Shown here: positions 38,688 to 48,999 of the stretch, piece by piece | Layout of the letters: each line of letters begins with the position of its first letter | Position numbering within the stretch: the first letter of the stretch is position 1 | Assembly (NCBI GenBank): GCA_963832165.1 | Contig: CAWHTE010000001.1 | Span: 352,001 to 416,000 of the forward strand | DNA from: an uncultured delta proteobacterium | GTDB lineage: Bacteria > Myxococcota_A > UBA9160 > SMWR01 | Length of the DNA stretch: 64,000 nt | Direction of reading: 5' to 3' | Translations under genes and position numbers: made by a program | Notes under the pieces: model-generated | The model's input: the letters and a program-made list of their open reading frames with translations, nothing else | Told to the model about the DNA's origin: nothing | Databases searched by the model: none

Positions 38688-39826
38688 GACGCGGGCGCAG
38701 CCTCCGGCGTCCACGACTCCTCCGCGACCTTCTGATTCTCGCGATACCAGAGCAGCGCGCGGCGCAGGCCCTCATCGAGCGGAATCGCGGGGTCGTAGCC
38801 GAGCTCCGCGCGCGCCTTGCCGATCTGCGGGCAGCGCCGGTTGGGATTGTCGATCAGGTAGTCCTTGTCGGGGCTCGTGCCCAGGACGATGCGCCCGCGA
38901 TAGTCCACGAGCTCGGCCGCGATCTCGCGCAGACGCTCCGCGAGCTCGCGCATCGAGATCTCCGGGGTCTCGACCCCGACGTTGTAGGGCTCGCCCGGGC
39001 GACCGCGCGTGAGGATCTTGTAGTAGCCGACGACCGCGTCGGCCACGTAACAGAAGGTCCGCTTGGGCGACCCGTCGGAGAGCATGACGATGTCTTCGCC
39101 CGCGAGGATCGAGCGCGCGAAGTCGGCGATCACGCGGCCGTCGCTGATCTTGAGGCCGGGGCCGTAGTTGTTGAACGGCCGCGCGATCTTCGTGGGAACT
39201 CCGCGCTGGTCCGCGAACACCGTGCACAGCGTCTCGCCGTAGCGCTTCGACTCGTCGTAGCAGGCGCGCGGGCCCGTGCACGACACGTAGCCGCGGTAGT
39301 CCTCGGGCGTCGGCACGTGCTCGGGGTGCGGGTCGCCGTAGATCTCGCTGCTCGACCAGAACAGGAGTCCGCGCAGCGCCTCTCCGCGCTCGGCCTGGGC
39401 CACGGCATAGTCCAGCAGATTTCGCAGACCGCCGACGTTGCCGTCCATGGTCTCGATCGGGTGGCGGCGGTAGTAGTTGGGCGACGCGATCGACGCGCCA
39501 TGCAGCACGTAGTCGAACGACTCCATGTCCGCCGGAAGCGGCCAGCGCAGGTCGTACTTGCGCAGCGCGACAGCTCCCTGGTCGTGGAGGGATTTCAGCC
39601 AGCCGGGAAGCCCACGCGAGAAGTTGTCCCAGACCGTCACCGCGATCCGCTCCGAAGCGGAAGCGCCGCGGTTCCAGTGCGTGAGGGCCTGGATCATGTA
39701 GTGGCCCAGGAAGCCGGCCCCTCCGGTCATCAGCACACGCGAGCCCGCGAGCAGCGGCCACTCGGCGCGCAATGCGGACCGGATGTAGTCGAGGTCCCGG
39801 TTCCGGACGTCTTCGGCGGAGTTCAT
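38684..39826 (-). CDS. NAD-dependent epimerase/dehydratase, UDP-glucuronate decarboxylase-like
   Basis: TGGAGFLG, ASIASP, SSSEIYG, GPRACYDESKR, RPFNNYGP, RTFCYV. Confidence 0.88.
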   Translation of the reverse strand: MNSAEDVRNRDLDYIRSALRAEWPLLAGSRVLMTGGAGFLGHYMIQALTHWNRGASASERIAVTVWDNFSRGLPGWLKSLHDQGAVALRKYDLRWPLPADMESFDYVLHGASIASPNYYRRHPIETMDGNVGGLRNLLDYAVAQAERGEALRGLLFWSSSEIYGDPHPEHVPTPEDYRGYVSCTGPRACYDESKRYGETLCTVFADQRGVPTKIARPFNNYGPGLKISDGRVIADFARSILAGEDIVMLSDGSPKRTFCYVADAVVGYYKILTRGRPGEPYNVGVETPEISMRELAERLREIAAELVDYRGRIVLGTSPDKDYLIDNPNRRCPQIGKARAELGYDPAIPLDEGLRRALLWYRENQKVAEESWTPEAAPAS

Positions 39827-39990
39827 GAAAATTCCAGCAGTGGTGGAAGTTCCCGGCGCTCTCGCTGTTTCGGCGGCCCTGTCCGAGAAGATGATGGGAA
39901 ACAGCCGTCTGCTCCGCGAGGGCGCTCCGACGCGGCGCAATGCGGCGGGGGGATCCGTGGGAGCGCTCCGAACGCCGTCCGGGTGCGCGG

Positions 39991-40680
39991 TCAGTCGTCG
40001 ACGCGGCGACTCATGCCCTCGCCGGGCATGCCGGCGCGGACCTTGCGCGCGTAGAAGGCCTCCGCGTAGTGAGCGCGGCATTGCACGCCCCGCAGCCGCA
40101 TCAGCGAGAGGAAGGTGTCCTCGCTGAACCAGTGCTTCTCCGCCTGACTCGGGAACGCCTCCACGATGTGCGCGGCCTTGCGGTGCGCGACGGTTTCATC
40201 GAGGGGGATGAAGAAGTTCGGGGAGCCGAGATCGGGATCGTACTTGGGGATCTCGTACTCGAGCACGAGATCGTCGCGGAAAGTGTTCCAGGTCAGCTCG
40301 GAGATGACGCGGTGGTCCTGGTGCAAATCGCTGTGGTGATGCGTCAGGATGAGATCCGGGGGCGGTACATCCGCCCGGAGCGCCCGGAACGCGTCCTTGA
40401 TCGCAGCCCACTCGCCCGGGAAATAACCGTCATGGAACTGCTTCACCTCGATGCGCGCCGACTTGGCGCCCTCGAGCACTCGCTCTGCCGATGCGCGCGC
40501 TTCTTTCTCGCGCACGCTCGAGGAGCTGAACACCACCCAATCGACGAGCAGGTTGCGGTGCTCGCGCAGCATTCGCATCAGGGTGCCGCCGCAACCGATT
40601 TCGATGTCGTCGCAATGCGCACCGATCACCAGGAGGCGGAACGGGGCATCGGGATCGCGGACGAGATCGAGGTTCAACAT
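39991..40680 (-). CDS. PIG-L/LmbE-family deacetylase
   Basis: GAHCDDIEIGCGGT, DLHQDH, YEIPKYD, FPSQ. Confidence 0.88.
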   Translation of the reverse strand: MLNLDLVRDPDAPFRLLVIGAHCDDIEIGCGGTLMRMLREHRNLLVDWVVFSSSSVREKEARASAERVLEGAKSARIEVKQFHDGYFPGEWAAIKDAFRALRADVPPPDLILTHHHSDLHQDHRVISELTWNTFRDDLVLEYEIPKYDPDLGSPNFFIPLDETVAHRKAAHIVEAFPSQAEKHWFSEDTFLSLMRLRGVQCRAHYAEAFYARKVRAGMPGEGMSRRVDD

Positions 40681-40691
40681 GATCGTCAGCT

Positions 40692-41471
40692 CTAGGGGCG
40701 CGCCTTCCAGACTTCCCACGGCGCGTTGCCCTCGCGGTACATGTCCGAGAGCTGCTGGTGCTCCTTGAAGGTATCCATGCACCACCACCCGTCGTGCCGG
40801 TAGGCGAGCAGCTGCTTCTCCTGGATCAGGCGATCGAAGGGCGCCTCCACCAGCTCTTCTCCGTCCTTCATGTAGTGGAAGATCTCGCTCTTGAACGCGA
40901 AGAAGCCGCCGTTGATGAGGATGTCGGAATCTCGAACGTAGCGGATCCCCTCGACCGTCTTGTCGTCGCGCATCGAGACCACGCTGAAGCTCTGCGAGGG
41001 CTTCACCGCGAGAAACGAGCCGATCTTCCCGGCGTCGCGGAACCACTGGATCATGGTAGGTAGATGGAGGTTGGTGAGGCCGTCGGAGTAGTTGGCGAGA
41101 AACATCTCCTCGCCCTCCAGGTAGGGCCGCACGGCCATCAGGCGCTGGCCGAGGTTCGCCTTGACGCCGGTGTCGACGAAGGTGATCCGCCAGTCGTCGA
41201 GATCGCTGCTCTCGAGCTCGATCTCACGGCCACCGCTCGTGATCGTGAAATTGTTGGAGGCGGTCTCGTCGTAGTTCAGGAAGTAGTCCTTGATCGTGTC
41301 GGCCTTGTAGCCGAGGCACAAGATGAAGTCTTTGTGCCCATAATGGGCGTAGTACTTCATGAGGTGCCAGAGAATCGGCCGGTAGCCGATCTTCACCATG
41401 GGCTTCGGTGCGTCGTCCGTGAGGTTGCCCAGGCGCGTGCCCAAGCCGCCGCAGAAGAGCACGACCTTCAT
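40692..41471 (-). CDS. rfbF: Glucose-1-phosphate cytidylyltransferase-like nucleotidyltransferase
   Basis: FCGGLGTRL, PKPMVKIG..PILWH.MK.Y, FVDTG, YSDG, INGGFF, CMDT. Confidence 0.8.
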   Translation of the reverse strand: MKVVLFCGGLGTRLGNLTDDAPKPMVKIGYRPILWHLMKYYAHYGHKDFILCLGYKADTIKDYFLNYDETASNNFTITSGGREIELESSDLDDWRITFVDTGVKANLGQRLMAVRPYLEGEEMFLANYSDGLTNLHLPTMIQWFRDAGKIGSFLAVKPSQSFSVVSMRDDKTVEGIRYVRDSDILINGGFFAFKSEIFHYMKDGEELVEAPFDRLIQEKQLLAYRHDGWWCMDTFKEHQQLSDMYREGNAPWEVWKARP

Positions 41472-41616
41472 TCCTGTCCCTTTCCGGATGGCCCTTAGGC
41501 TACTCGCCGCGAAGCCGACGCTGCAGGTTCGCAGCGCTCCTCGCAAGGGAGTGCCGGCTGGGCTCGGGAGCGTGACGGGAAATACGGCAGGGCGCCCCCG
41601 GGGGCGATCCGTGGCT

Positions 41617-42428
41617 CTACGGGACGATGTAGGGCTGGCCCGGCGCGCCGAGCTGGGACCCACCCGAGGCAGGGCCCGTCACGCTGAAGGTGAGCGTGAT
41701 GGAGGGGCCCGCCAGGCCCGTGCAGTTGTCGCCGTCGTATGGCGTCACGGTGAGCGTGTGGGGTCCTGCCACAGCGAGCGAAGTCGCGCACGCGTACTGC
41801 GGCCCGGTCTCGCCGGCCTCCCATGCGTACGGGTAGGAGTTCTCCACGCCGACTCCCGAGCAGCCGCTGTTCGCGCCGTCGAACACCTTCTTGATGCTGC
41901 CGGCCCCTGACGAAGTCAGATAGGTATTGGGCTTGATCTCGATCGACACGCACTGGCGCACATTGTCCGCGATCGCCTCGCCGTTCTGGAAGTTTGTGTC
42001 GATCACGGTGTCGGTCTGCGCGTTCCAGAGCGCGAATCCTATGATCGCGGCGCTCGCGGTTCCCGACGGCGGGGGCGGCGTCGGTCCCCCACCGCTCGTG
42101 ATGCCCGCGCGCGAGATCTCGTTCGAGCGCACGCTTTCGAGGCCGCCGTCGATGGCGGTGACGGTGACATAGATCTTGTCGGCGTCCGCGACCACGATGT
42201 CGTACCAGAACGCACCCGTCGTATCCACGGACGGTTTGCCCACGTTGAGCGACGAGGTGTAGGAGCCGCTCGAGAGACCCCAATACAGCTTGAAGCTGTC
42301 CACACCCGACGCATTCGTCTGGGTCCAGCGGAACCGCTCGGTGCGGGCGGAGGCGGCGGCGGACGCGAACAGAACGGTCAGTGCAAGACACAGAGCGCCA
42401 GGCTGGCGCGCCGAACCGGTCGCCTCAT
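41617..42428 (-). CDS. Secreted two-domain protein (FN3-like + disulfide-bonded beta domain); frameshift in the signal peptide near 42390
   Basis: GGGGGGAG RBS and ATG 42428 (MRRPVRRASLALC), then after a shift LALTVLFASAAASA-RTERFRW...FKLYWG.SSGSY...YVTVTA...ES..SNE. Ends LGAPGQPYIVP. Confidence 0.75.
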
Positions 42429-42482
42429 AGTGACTCCCCCCGATGCTGCCGCCTCTGATTCGGCCAAGATGGTCTCCACCGC

Positions 42483-42498
42483 TGTGACCATCATCACC
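42483..42498. promoter_or_regulatory. CRP/FNR-family-like box TGTGA-N6-TCACC
   Basis: TGTGACCATCATCACC, 55 nt upstream of ATG 42428. It overlaps the inverted repeat GATGGTC-N11-GACCATC (42468-42492). Confidence 0.5.
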
Positions 42499-42528
42499 CG
42501 CAGGGCATTCCCGTGTCGATCCTGATCC

Positions 42529-43383
42529 TCAGGGAGCCCTTTTGGCCTTCGAAAGGGCCCGGCCGTAGCGCGTATGGATCTGCCAGAGGTCCCAGCCGAC
42601 GCGGACGAAGTCGCGCGAGCCGATCTTCGAGCCCTTGACGTCGCGCCACGCGCGCAGTGGAAGCTCGCTCACGCACGCGGAGGCCGGCAGCTCTCCCGAT
42701 TCGGCGCGCTCCAACGAGAGCCGCGCAAGGATCTCCACGTCGAAGATCCAGCGGGTGAGGAAGGGTGTGCCGAAGATCCTGGCCAGGGTCGGCGTTGCGC
42801 GGAAGAGCTTGGCTCCGCACTGCGAGTCGTAGATCGGAAGTCTCAAGATCGACGACACCGCCGTGGCGAAGAAGCGTCCCGCGTAGTGGCGCGCCGCGCG
42901 GCGTTGGATCCTACGACCCAGCATCAACACGCGCGACCCGAGCACCATCTCCAGCTCCGGCCGGTTGTCGAATTCTTCGAAGAAGAGCGGCAGCGCGGCA
43001 AGCGGGGTCGCGAGATCGGCATCCCAGAACCCCACGAATTCGGGTTTGCGCGCGAGTGCGGCGAGGATGCCCTGCCGCACCGCCTCGGCCTTGCCGCAGT
43101 TGCGCGGCAGTCGCATCAGAGTCCCGCGTGCCGGGAACCGCGCGCATAACGCCTCGATGACCGCCGCCGTGCGGTCCCGACTCCCGTCGTCGACGAAGAT
43201 GACTTCGGCGCCTGTTCCGCCGAGGAATTCGACGAAGGCGTCGACCGGCAACCGATGTTCCTCGTTGTAACAGGGAACCACCAGGATCGAGCGCCCCGCC
43301 GCCGCGGCGCTCTGCGTCGGATCGGCTCTCATGGCCGGCATGAAGCTCCGGATGGCTGGTGCCAAGTTCTTCCGCGTCGACAT
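42529..43383 (-). CDS. GT2 glycosyltransferase (dolichyl-phosphate glucosyltransferase-like)
   Basis: VVPCYNE, VDDGSRD, GKAEAVR, DADLA, DSQCGAK, WIFDVE. Start could be 43383, 43341 or 43332. Confidence 0.88.
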   Translation of the reverse strand: MSTRKNLAPAIRSFMPAMRADPTQSAAAAGRSILVVPCYNEEHRLPVDAFVEFLGGTGAEVIFVDDGSRDRTAAVIEALCARFPARGTLMRLPRNCGKAEAVRQGILAALARKPEFVGFWDADLATPLAALPLFFEEFDNRPELEMVLGSRVLMLGRRIQRRAARHYAGRFFATAVSSILRLPIYDSQCGAKLFRATPTLARIFGTPFLTRWIFDVEILARLSLERAESGELPASACVSELPLRAWRDVKGSKIGSRDFVRVGWDLWQIHTRYGRALSKAKRAP

Positions 43384-43468
43384 GACGGCGAACGGTAGTC
43401 GGCGCGAGAGCGTGCTATCAAGTGATCCGTCGCCCCCCGACCCCCACTCGCCGAACGTGTAGTAGGGA

Positions 43469-44272
43469 ATGGTGAGAGCTCGCGACGCCCGAACCTCGAT
43501 CTGGATCGTTGCGCTGACGGCTCTCGCAGTGGCGGCTTCTGCGTTCTTCGTCTTTTCCCTGGTTCCCTCCGTCATCGAACATGCCTATCGCGGGGAAAGT
43601 ATTGGCCCGCTGAACCGGATGATCGCGGGACAGTCCGAGCATCCGGTCGAGTTCTACCTGAGCGCGTGGAGTGCCGTGGCGAAGGGTGTCCTCGCGGCAG
43701 AGGTCGTACTGGGGTTCTTGCTCGCGGTAGCAACCTTTCCGCCCTTGCAGCGATTTGCAGACGCGCGGGTTGGTCCGCTGCCGACGGGATCGGACACGCG
43801 GGAACGGTGGCGGATGAGCCGCGCACGCGTCGCGTTGGCCAGCTCGGTGGTGCTGGTGCTGGCGGGCGCCCAGCTGTTCGATATCGCGGTTCAGGCGGAA
43901 CACTGGCCCTTCAGCCACTACAACATGTACGTCACACCGGCGACGGAAGCGCTCTCGTTGATCGAGATCGATGGGGTGACCCGCGACGGTGAGGTGTCGC
44001 TCGACCCCCGGGAGTTCCACCCCTTCGACGAGGTCCGTCTGCCTTATGCCTTGAGCACGATCCTGGAAGGAGACGATTGGCGCTCCCGTGCCCAGCTCGC
44101 CCTCCGCAACCTCCACGAGCTCTACGAGCAGGGCAGAAGCTCCGGATCACACGACGGTCCGCACCTGGAATCGCTCCGACTCTATCGGCTGCAGTGGCGA
44201 GTCGAACCGACCTTGGCCAATCGCGATCGGCCCGATCAGAAGACACTGCTCTACGAGATGCCCATCCCGTGA
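43469..44272 (+). CDS. Membrane protein with WPFSxYxMY motif (putative HTTM partner)
   Basis: Three hydrophobic segments, then EHWPFSHYNMY and ..LRLYRLQW. Its stop overlaps the HTTM gene start. Confidence 0.65.
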   Translation: MVRARDARTSIWIVALTALAVAASAFFVFSLVPSVIEHAYRGESIGPLNRMIAGQSEHPVEFYLSAWSAVAKGVLAAEVVLGFLLAVATFPPLQRFADARVGPLPTGSDTRERWRMSRARVALASSVVLVLAGAQLFDIAVQAEHWPFSHYNMYVTPATEALSLIEIDGVTRDGEVSLDPREFHPFDEVRLPYALSTILEGDDWRSRAQLALRNLHELYEQGRSSGSHDGPHLESLRLYRLQWRVEPTLANRDRPDQKTLLYEMPIP

Positions 44273-45228
44273 GTTCCGCGTCGATCGGAGATACACCGTC
44301 GCCGCTGCATTGGGTGCGGATCCGCAGCGAACAGCTCTTCTTTTCGGGTGGATCGGCGCGCGAGCTCGGTATCCATCGCGTCCTCTTTTTCGCGGCGGTT
44401 CTGGCCTACTCGTTCACCATGGACCCGCCGGCCTGGGCGAGTGTCTCGAGCGCCTTCTGGTTCCCCACCTTCTTCTTTTCGTTCTTCGCGTCTCCGGTCG
44501 CTTCCGCAGCCACACTTGCTTCGATGATCTGGATCTGGCGCGCCGCGCTCCTGATGAGCATGCTAGGTCTGTTCACGCGCTTCGGTTCGGTGCTCGCGTT
44601 CGTGCTCGGCGCATACCTGATCGGTCTTCCGCACAACTTCGGCAAGGTGAACCACAACGACGCCATTCTGGTGGTCGGCATGGCCATCTTCGCGTTCTCG
44701 CGCGGCGGCGATGGCTGGTCTCTCGACAGTCTCCGCGGCGCAGCGTCTCGGGATCGAGCGCCCGCCGCGGATGAACTCGAGTGCAGCGGCGAGTATTCCT
44801 GGCCGCTCCGCCTCTGCCGCCTGATGGTGACGTTCGTAGTGTTCGCGGCCGGTGTCGCGAAGCTACGTCACGCGGGTCTCGCGTGGATCTTCTCCGACAA
44901 CATCTACTACACGATCCTGCAACATCACTACATGCGGGAGCCCTACATGGACATAGGGCTCCTGTTCACGTCGTATCCCTGGATGTGCAAGGCGATTGCC
45001 GCGTTTACCGTGGTCGTGGAGCTCTCGGCGCCGCTGCTCGTCGTTCTGCAGGGGAACTGGCGCTTGATCCACCTGGCGTTGGTTGTGGGGATGATGCTCG
45101 GGTTCGGCCTTACGCTCGGCGTGCTGTTCGAACACTACATCGCCATGCTCTTGATCTTCTTTCTGCCATGGCCGGCGCTCGGCGCGTGGCTCGGCCGTCG
45201 GGCGTCGGTCTCACGGGAGTTGGCCTAG
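44269..45228 (+). CDS. HTTM-domain (vitamin-K-dependent carboxylase / SdpB-like) membrane protein
   Basis: LGIHRV, LGLFTR, FGKVNH, WSLDS, WPLRL, AGVAKL, VELSAP. GTG 44269. Confidence 0.7.
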   Translation: MSSASIGDTPSPLHWVRIRSEQLFFSGGSARELGIHRVLFFAAVLAYSFTMDPPAWASVSSAFWFPTFFFSFFASPVASAATLASMIWIWRAALLMSMLGLFTRFGSVLAFVLGAYLIGLPHNFGKVNHNDAILVVGMAIFAFSRGGDGWSLDSLRGAASRDRAPAADELECSGEYSWPLRLCRLMVTFVVFAAGVAKLRHAGLAWIFSDNIYYTILQHHYMREPYMDIGLLFTSYPWMCKAIAAFTVVVELSAPLLVVLQGNWRLIHLALVVGMMLGFGLTLGVLFEHYIAMLLIFFLPWPALGAWLGRRASVSRELA

Positions 45229-45440
45229 GGACGGCCAGGGCGCATGGCGGCCCTTCGAATAGTAGTCTCACTTCGTGCGTGAACTCAGCCAGTCGGATCA
45301 AGCGGCGTCTCGCGCTCTCCGATACGTCGAAGAACTCTTGGACCTGGGCCCTGAAACGCGAATCGAGTTTTGCAGTCGGCAGCGCCGTTGGCTTCAAGAT
45401 TGCGAAATCGGTCGACTGTGCGCGACGGTTTCAATGACTC

Positions 45441-46814
45441 ATGCGGGCTGACGAAGTCACCTCCCGGTATCCGGCGGCGGATCAGCCGTTCTCGTCGGGT
45501 TTCAGACCCGGAGATCGAGCGGCAATCCAGTCGCGAGAGCGCGTCCCCCGCATACGAGCGCTCGAGTGGGCCATCTATGGTGTCGTGCTCGCCTACGTCT
45601 GGCGGATCCAGGATCTCTATCCGATCCTGGCCACGATTCAGTTTCCGACGATCGCCTCGCTGATCGCTCTGGTGCTGTTCGCTTCGAGTCCGGCACGGCG
45701 AGAGCTGCGCCGCATCGAGCACCCGATCCTGAAGATCGCGACGCTGATTCTCGCGCTGATGGTCCTATCTGTGCCGACGAGCTTGTGGCGCGGGATGAGC
45801 TTTTCGTTCGTCTTCAGTGATCACATCAAGTCGTTCACCATGATGGTGATCATTGCCGCGAGCATTCGCGGAATGAGAGACGTAGAGCGGTTTGCGCGGC
45901 TCCATCTCGCGGGAGCAGCGCTCTATTCCGTGTTGATCCTCACCCGATTCGAGATCGGCGAGTCGGGCCGGCTCGGTGGCCTGCTCTTCTACGATGCCAA
46001 TGACCTCGGCATGCTGATCGCCTGCACACTGCCACTGGCTCTGTACTTCATGCGGCCGGGGTCGCGCCCGTGGATTCGTGTTGCCGCACTCCTCACCGCT
46101 GGGCTGTTCATCGTCACCGTCGTTCGAACGGGCTCTCGTGGCGCTTTTCTCGGCATTCTCGCGGTCGGGATCTATCTCCTCCTTGCCTACCGCGCTGTGC
46201 CCGCGCGCGTGCGCCTCGGAGCGGTCGTCGCCTGCGTCGGCGTCCTCTTGCTCGCCGCCAACGACAAGTACTGGGAGATGATCTCCACGCTCCTGAATCC
46301 GCAGGACGACTACAACTGGTCCGGCAATTCAGAAGACGGGCGGATGGAGGTCTGGAAACGCGGGCTCGTCTACATGGTGACCAATCCTGTGACGGGCGTA
46401 GGCGTGGGCGCCTTCGCGATCGCGGAGGGAACGATCTCGCCGCTTGCAGCGCAACAGGACCACGGCATCGGTCTCAAGTGGTCCGCTGCGCACAACTCGT
46501 TCGTCCAGATCGGGGCGGAGCTCGGAATCGGGGGGTTGATCTTGTTCATCGCGCTCCAATACACCTCGTTCCGAGCGACCGCGCAGATCGGCCGCGGCCC
46601 CCCGAAGAGCCAAAGGCGCAGGAGGAGCACCGAGGCGGCCCTCGCACAGGCGTTGACCGGGACGCTGATAGGCTACTGCGTGTCCGGGTTCTTTCTTTCC
46701 CAGGCGTACTCGGCGTACATGTGTGCGATCTACGGTCTTCTGGTGGGATTCTGGTACGTGACGGTCAAGCGATGGCGCACGAGCCGTCCGGTAGCGCCTC
46801 CGATCGGTCGATGA
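45441..46814 (+). CDS. O-antigen ligase/polymerase (Wzy-like) family protein
   Basis: Many TM segments. DANDLG, TGSRGAFLG, GRMEVW, PVTGVG, AHNSFVQIGAELG. Confidence 0.88.
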   Translation: MRADEVTSRYPAADQPFSSGFRPGDRAAIQSRERVPRIRALEWAIYGVVLAYVWRIQDLYPILATIQFPTIASLIALVLFASSPARRELRRIEHPILKIATLILALMVLSVPTSLWRGMSFSFVFSDHIKSFTMMVIIAASIRGMRDVERFARLHLAGAALYSVLILTRFEIGESGRLGGLLFYDANDLGMLIACTLPLALYFMRPGSRPWIRVAALLTAGLFIVTVVRTGSRGAFLGILAVGIYLLLAYRAVPARVRLGAVVACVGVLLLAANDKYWEMISTLLNPQDDYNWSGNSEDGRMEVWKRGLVYMVTNPVTGVGVGAFAIAEGTISPLAAQQDHGIGLKWSAAHNSFVQIGAELGIGGLILFIALQYTSFRATAQIGRGPPKSQRRRRSTEAALAQALTGTLIGYCVSGFFLSQAYSAYMCAIYGLLVGFWYVTVKRWRTSRPVAPPIGR

Positions 46815-46875
46815 GCTAGGCGAGCGCCCCGTCGCATCACCCGACATCACGGAGTTGGCAAAGGATCCGTATCAG

Positions 46876-48783
46876 ATGTGCGGAATCACCGGAATTTTCG
46901 CGCTCGATGGGCGCCCCTCGGTCGCCCGGCGCGTGCTGCAGGCGATGAACCAGACGCTCATCCATCGCGGGCCCGATAGCGACGGGATCTACGAAGAGAA
47001 GGGACGCGTCGGACTTGCGATGCGCCGGCTCGCGATCATCGACGTCGCGGGCGGCGCGCAGCCGATCGCGAATGAGGACGAATCGATCTGGATCGTCTTC
47101 AATGGTGAAATCTATAACTTTCCGACCTTGCATGAGGAGCTGGTCGGCCGCGGACACCGCTTCCGCACGAGCAGCGACACGGAGAGCATCGTACACGCCT
47201 ACGAGGAGTGGGGTGACGATTGCGTCCAGCATCTGCGCGGGATGTTCACGTTCGCGCTCTGGGACGTGGCGCGCCAGCGGCTCTTGCTCGCTCGCGACCG
47301 CGTCGGTGAAAAGCAGCTGTTCTATACCGAGGTGGATGGGCAGCTCTTGTTCGGCTCGGAGATCAAGGCGCTGCTGGCCCATCCCCGCGTCGAGCGCAGA
47401 CTGCGCCCCGCCGCCGTCAACCATTACTTGACGTATCTGTACGTGCCCGAGCCACTCACGATGTTCCAGGGGATTCACGAGCTACGCGCGGGCCATACCC
47501 TGGTCGCAGAGCGCGGCGGTTTCAAGATCGAGCCGTACTGGCAATTGCGCTACGAGCCCGATCCGAACATGTCGATCGACACTGCGGCGGACGGACTGCT
47601 CGAGCACCTCTCCGAAGCGGTGCGCATGCGGCTGATTTCCGACGTGCCGCTCGGCGCGTTCTTGTCCGGCGGCATCGATTCGGGATCCGTGGTCGCGCTG
47701 ATGGCGCGCCATTCCAGCACACCCGTCAAGACTTTCTCCGTCGGCTACACGCACGGAGGGCAGGAGTTCGACGAGCGCGTGCACGCGCGCGAGCTGGCGG
47801 CGCGCTACGGCACGGAGCACTACGAGCTCGAGATGCAGCCGGATCTGGTGGCCATCGCCGCGAGCCTCGTGCGCGCATTCGATCAACCGCACGCCGACTC
47901 GTCGGCGATTCCCAACTGGTATCTCTCGCAATTCACGCGCCAACACGTGACGGTGGCGCTCTCGGGTCTTGGCGGCGACGAGGTGGGCGCGGGATACGAG
48001 CGCCACCGCGGTGGGCTGCTCGCCGAACGCCTACGCATCCTTCCCGGCTGGTTGCTGCGCGGAGTTCTCCAGCCGCTGGTCGACGCGATCCCGGATCCGC
48101 GCAGCGGAAATCAATGGCCTCAGCGCGCCAAGCGATTCGCGCGCACGGCCGGACTACCGTTCGACGAACGCTATTACGAGATGATTTCGCAGCTCGGACG
48201 GAATGCGCGCGCCGATCTGCTCACGCCCGAGATGATCGAGCAGATCGATCTCGACGAGCCGAGGGACCACTTCCACGGCGTGTTGCGGAGCGTTGCCGAT
48301 GCCGACCCTCTCAACCGCGCGCTCTACGCCGACCTGAAGCTCTATCTGCCTGGAGATCTGCTCACGCTCACCGACCGCATCTCGATGGCGCACTCGCTCG
48401 AGGTACGCGTGCCGTTCCTCGACCACGAACTGCTCGAGTTTGCGGCGCGCATACCACCTTCCTACAAGCTGCACGGAATGGAGCGAAAATACATCTTGAA
48501 GCGCGCGGTGGCGGACCTCTTGCCGAAGAGTTTCTTCAGCCGCCGCAAGATGGGCTTCTCTCCCCCGCTCACCGTATGGTTCCGAAACGAGCTGCGGTCG
48601 TTCGTCGAGGAAACGCTCACAGAGTCGGCGATCCGGGAGGCTGGCATCTTTCGCTACGCCACCGTGCGCGGCTTGCTCGACGATCACTTCGCTCGTCGCG
48701 CGAACTTCGACAACCAGATCTGGTCTCTGATCACCTTCATGCTCTGGCAACGGGAATACCTCGGTAGCGCGCCTTGCATATAG
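46876..48783 (+). CDS. asnB: Asparagine synthase-like glutamine amidotransferase (probably polysaccharide-modifying)
   Basis: MCGI, HRGPD, RRLAIID, FNGEIYN, LSGGIDS, SGLGGDE, EVRVPFLD, RKMGF. Confidence 0.92.
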   Translation: MCGITGIFALDGRPSVARRVLQAMNQTLIHRGPDSDGIYEEKGRVGLAMRRLAIIDVAGGAQPIANEDESIWIVFNGEIYNFPTLHEELVGRGHRFRTSSDTESIVHAYEEWGDDCVQHLRGMFTFALWDVARQRLLLARDRVGEKQLFYTEVDGQLLFGSEIKALLAHPRVERRLRPAAVNHYLTYLYVPEPLTMFQGIHELRAGHTLVAERGGFKIEPYWQLRYEPDPNMSIDTAADGLLEHLSEAVRMRLISDVPLGAFLSGGIDSGSVVALMARHSSTPVKTFSVGYTHGGQEFDERVHARELAARYGTEHYELEMQPDLVAIAASLVRAFDQPHADSSAIPNWYLSQFTRQHVTVALSGLGGDEVGAGYERHRGGLLAERLRILPGWLLRGVLQPLVDAIPDPRSGNQWPQRAKRFARTAGLPFDERYYEMISQLGRNARADLLTPEMIEQIDLDEPRDHFHGVLRSVADADPLNRALYADLKLYLPGDLLTLTDRISMAHSLEVRVPFLDHELLEFAARIPPSYKLHGMERKYILKRAVADLLPKSFFSRRKMGFSPPLTVWFRNELRSFVEETLTESAIREAGIFRYATVRGLLDDHFARRANFDNQIWSLITFMLWQREYLGSAPCI

Positions 48784-48837
48784 TCAGTTGCGACTCGGTG
48801 CGTACGAGCCGAAACGCCGGATTCGTGAACAGACAGG

Positions 48838-48975
48838 ATGGCGAAGCTGATCGAGCACACCCGGAGCCGGCTCGCGGTCGCTCACGTTACCGCGCCGGCA
48901 CACTACGGCGGCCTCGAATCGGTGCTCGCGCTGCTCGCGAACGGCTCGCAGTCCGGGGGGTATCGGACAGAGCGC
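48838..48975 (+). pseudogene. 5' fragment of a GT4 glycosyltransferase
   Basis: VAHVTAPAHYGGLESVLALLANG parallels VMHVLAPAGFGGAEAVVRGLVQG of the next gene, then similarity stops. Confidence 0.55.
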
Positions 48976-48999
48976 TACTTCTCGGACTCGGCGAGAAGC

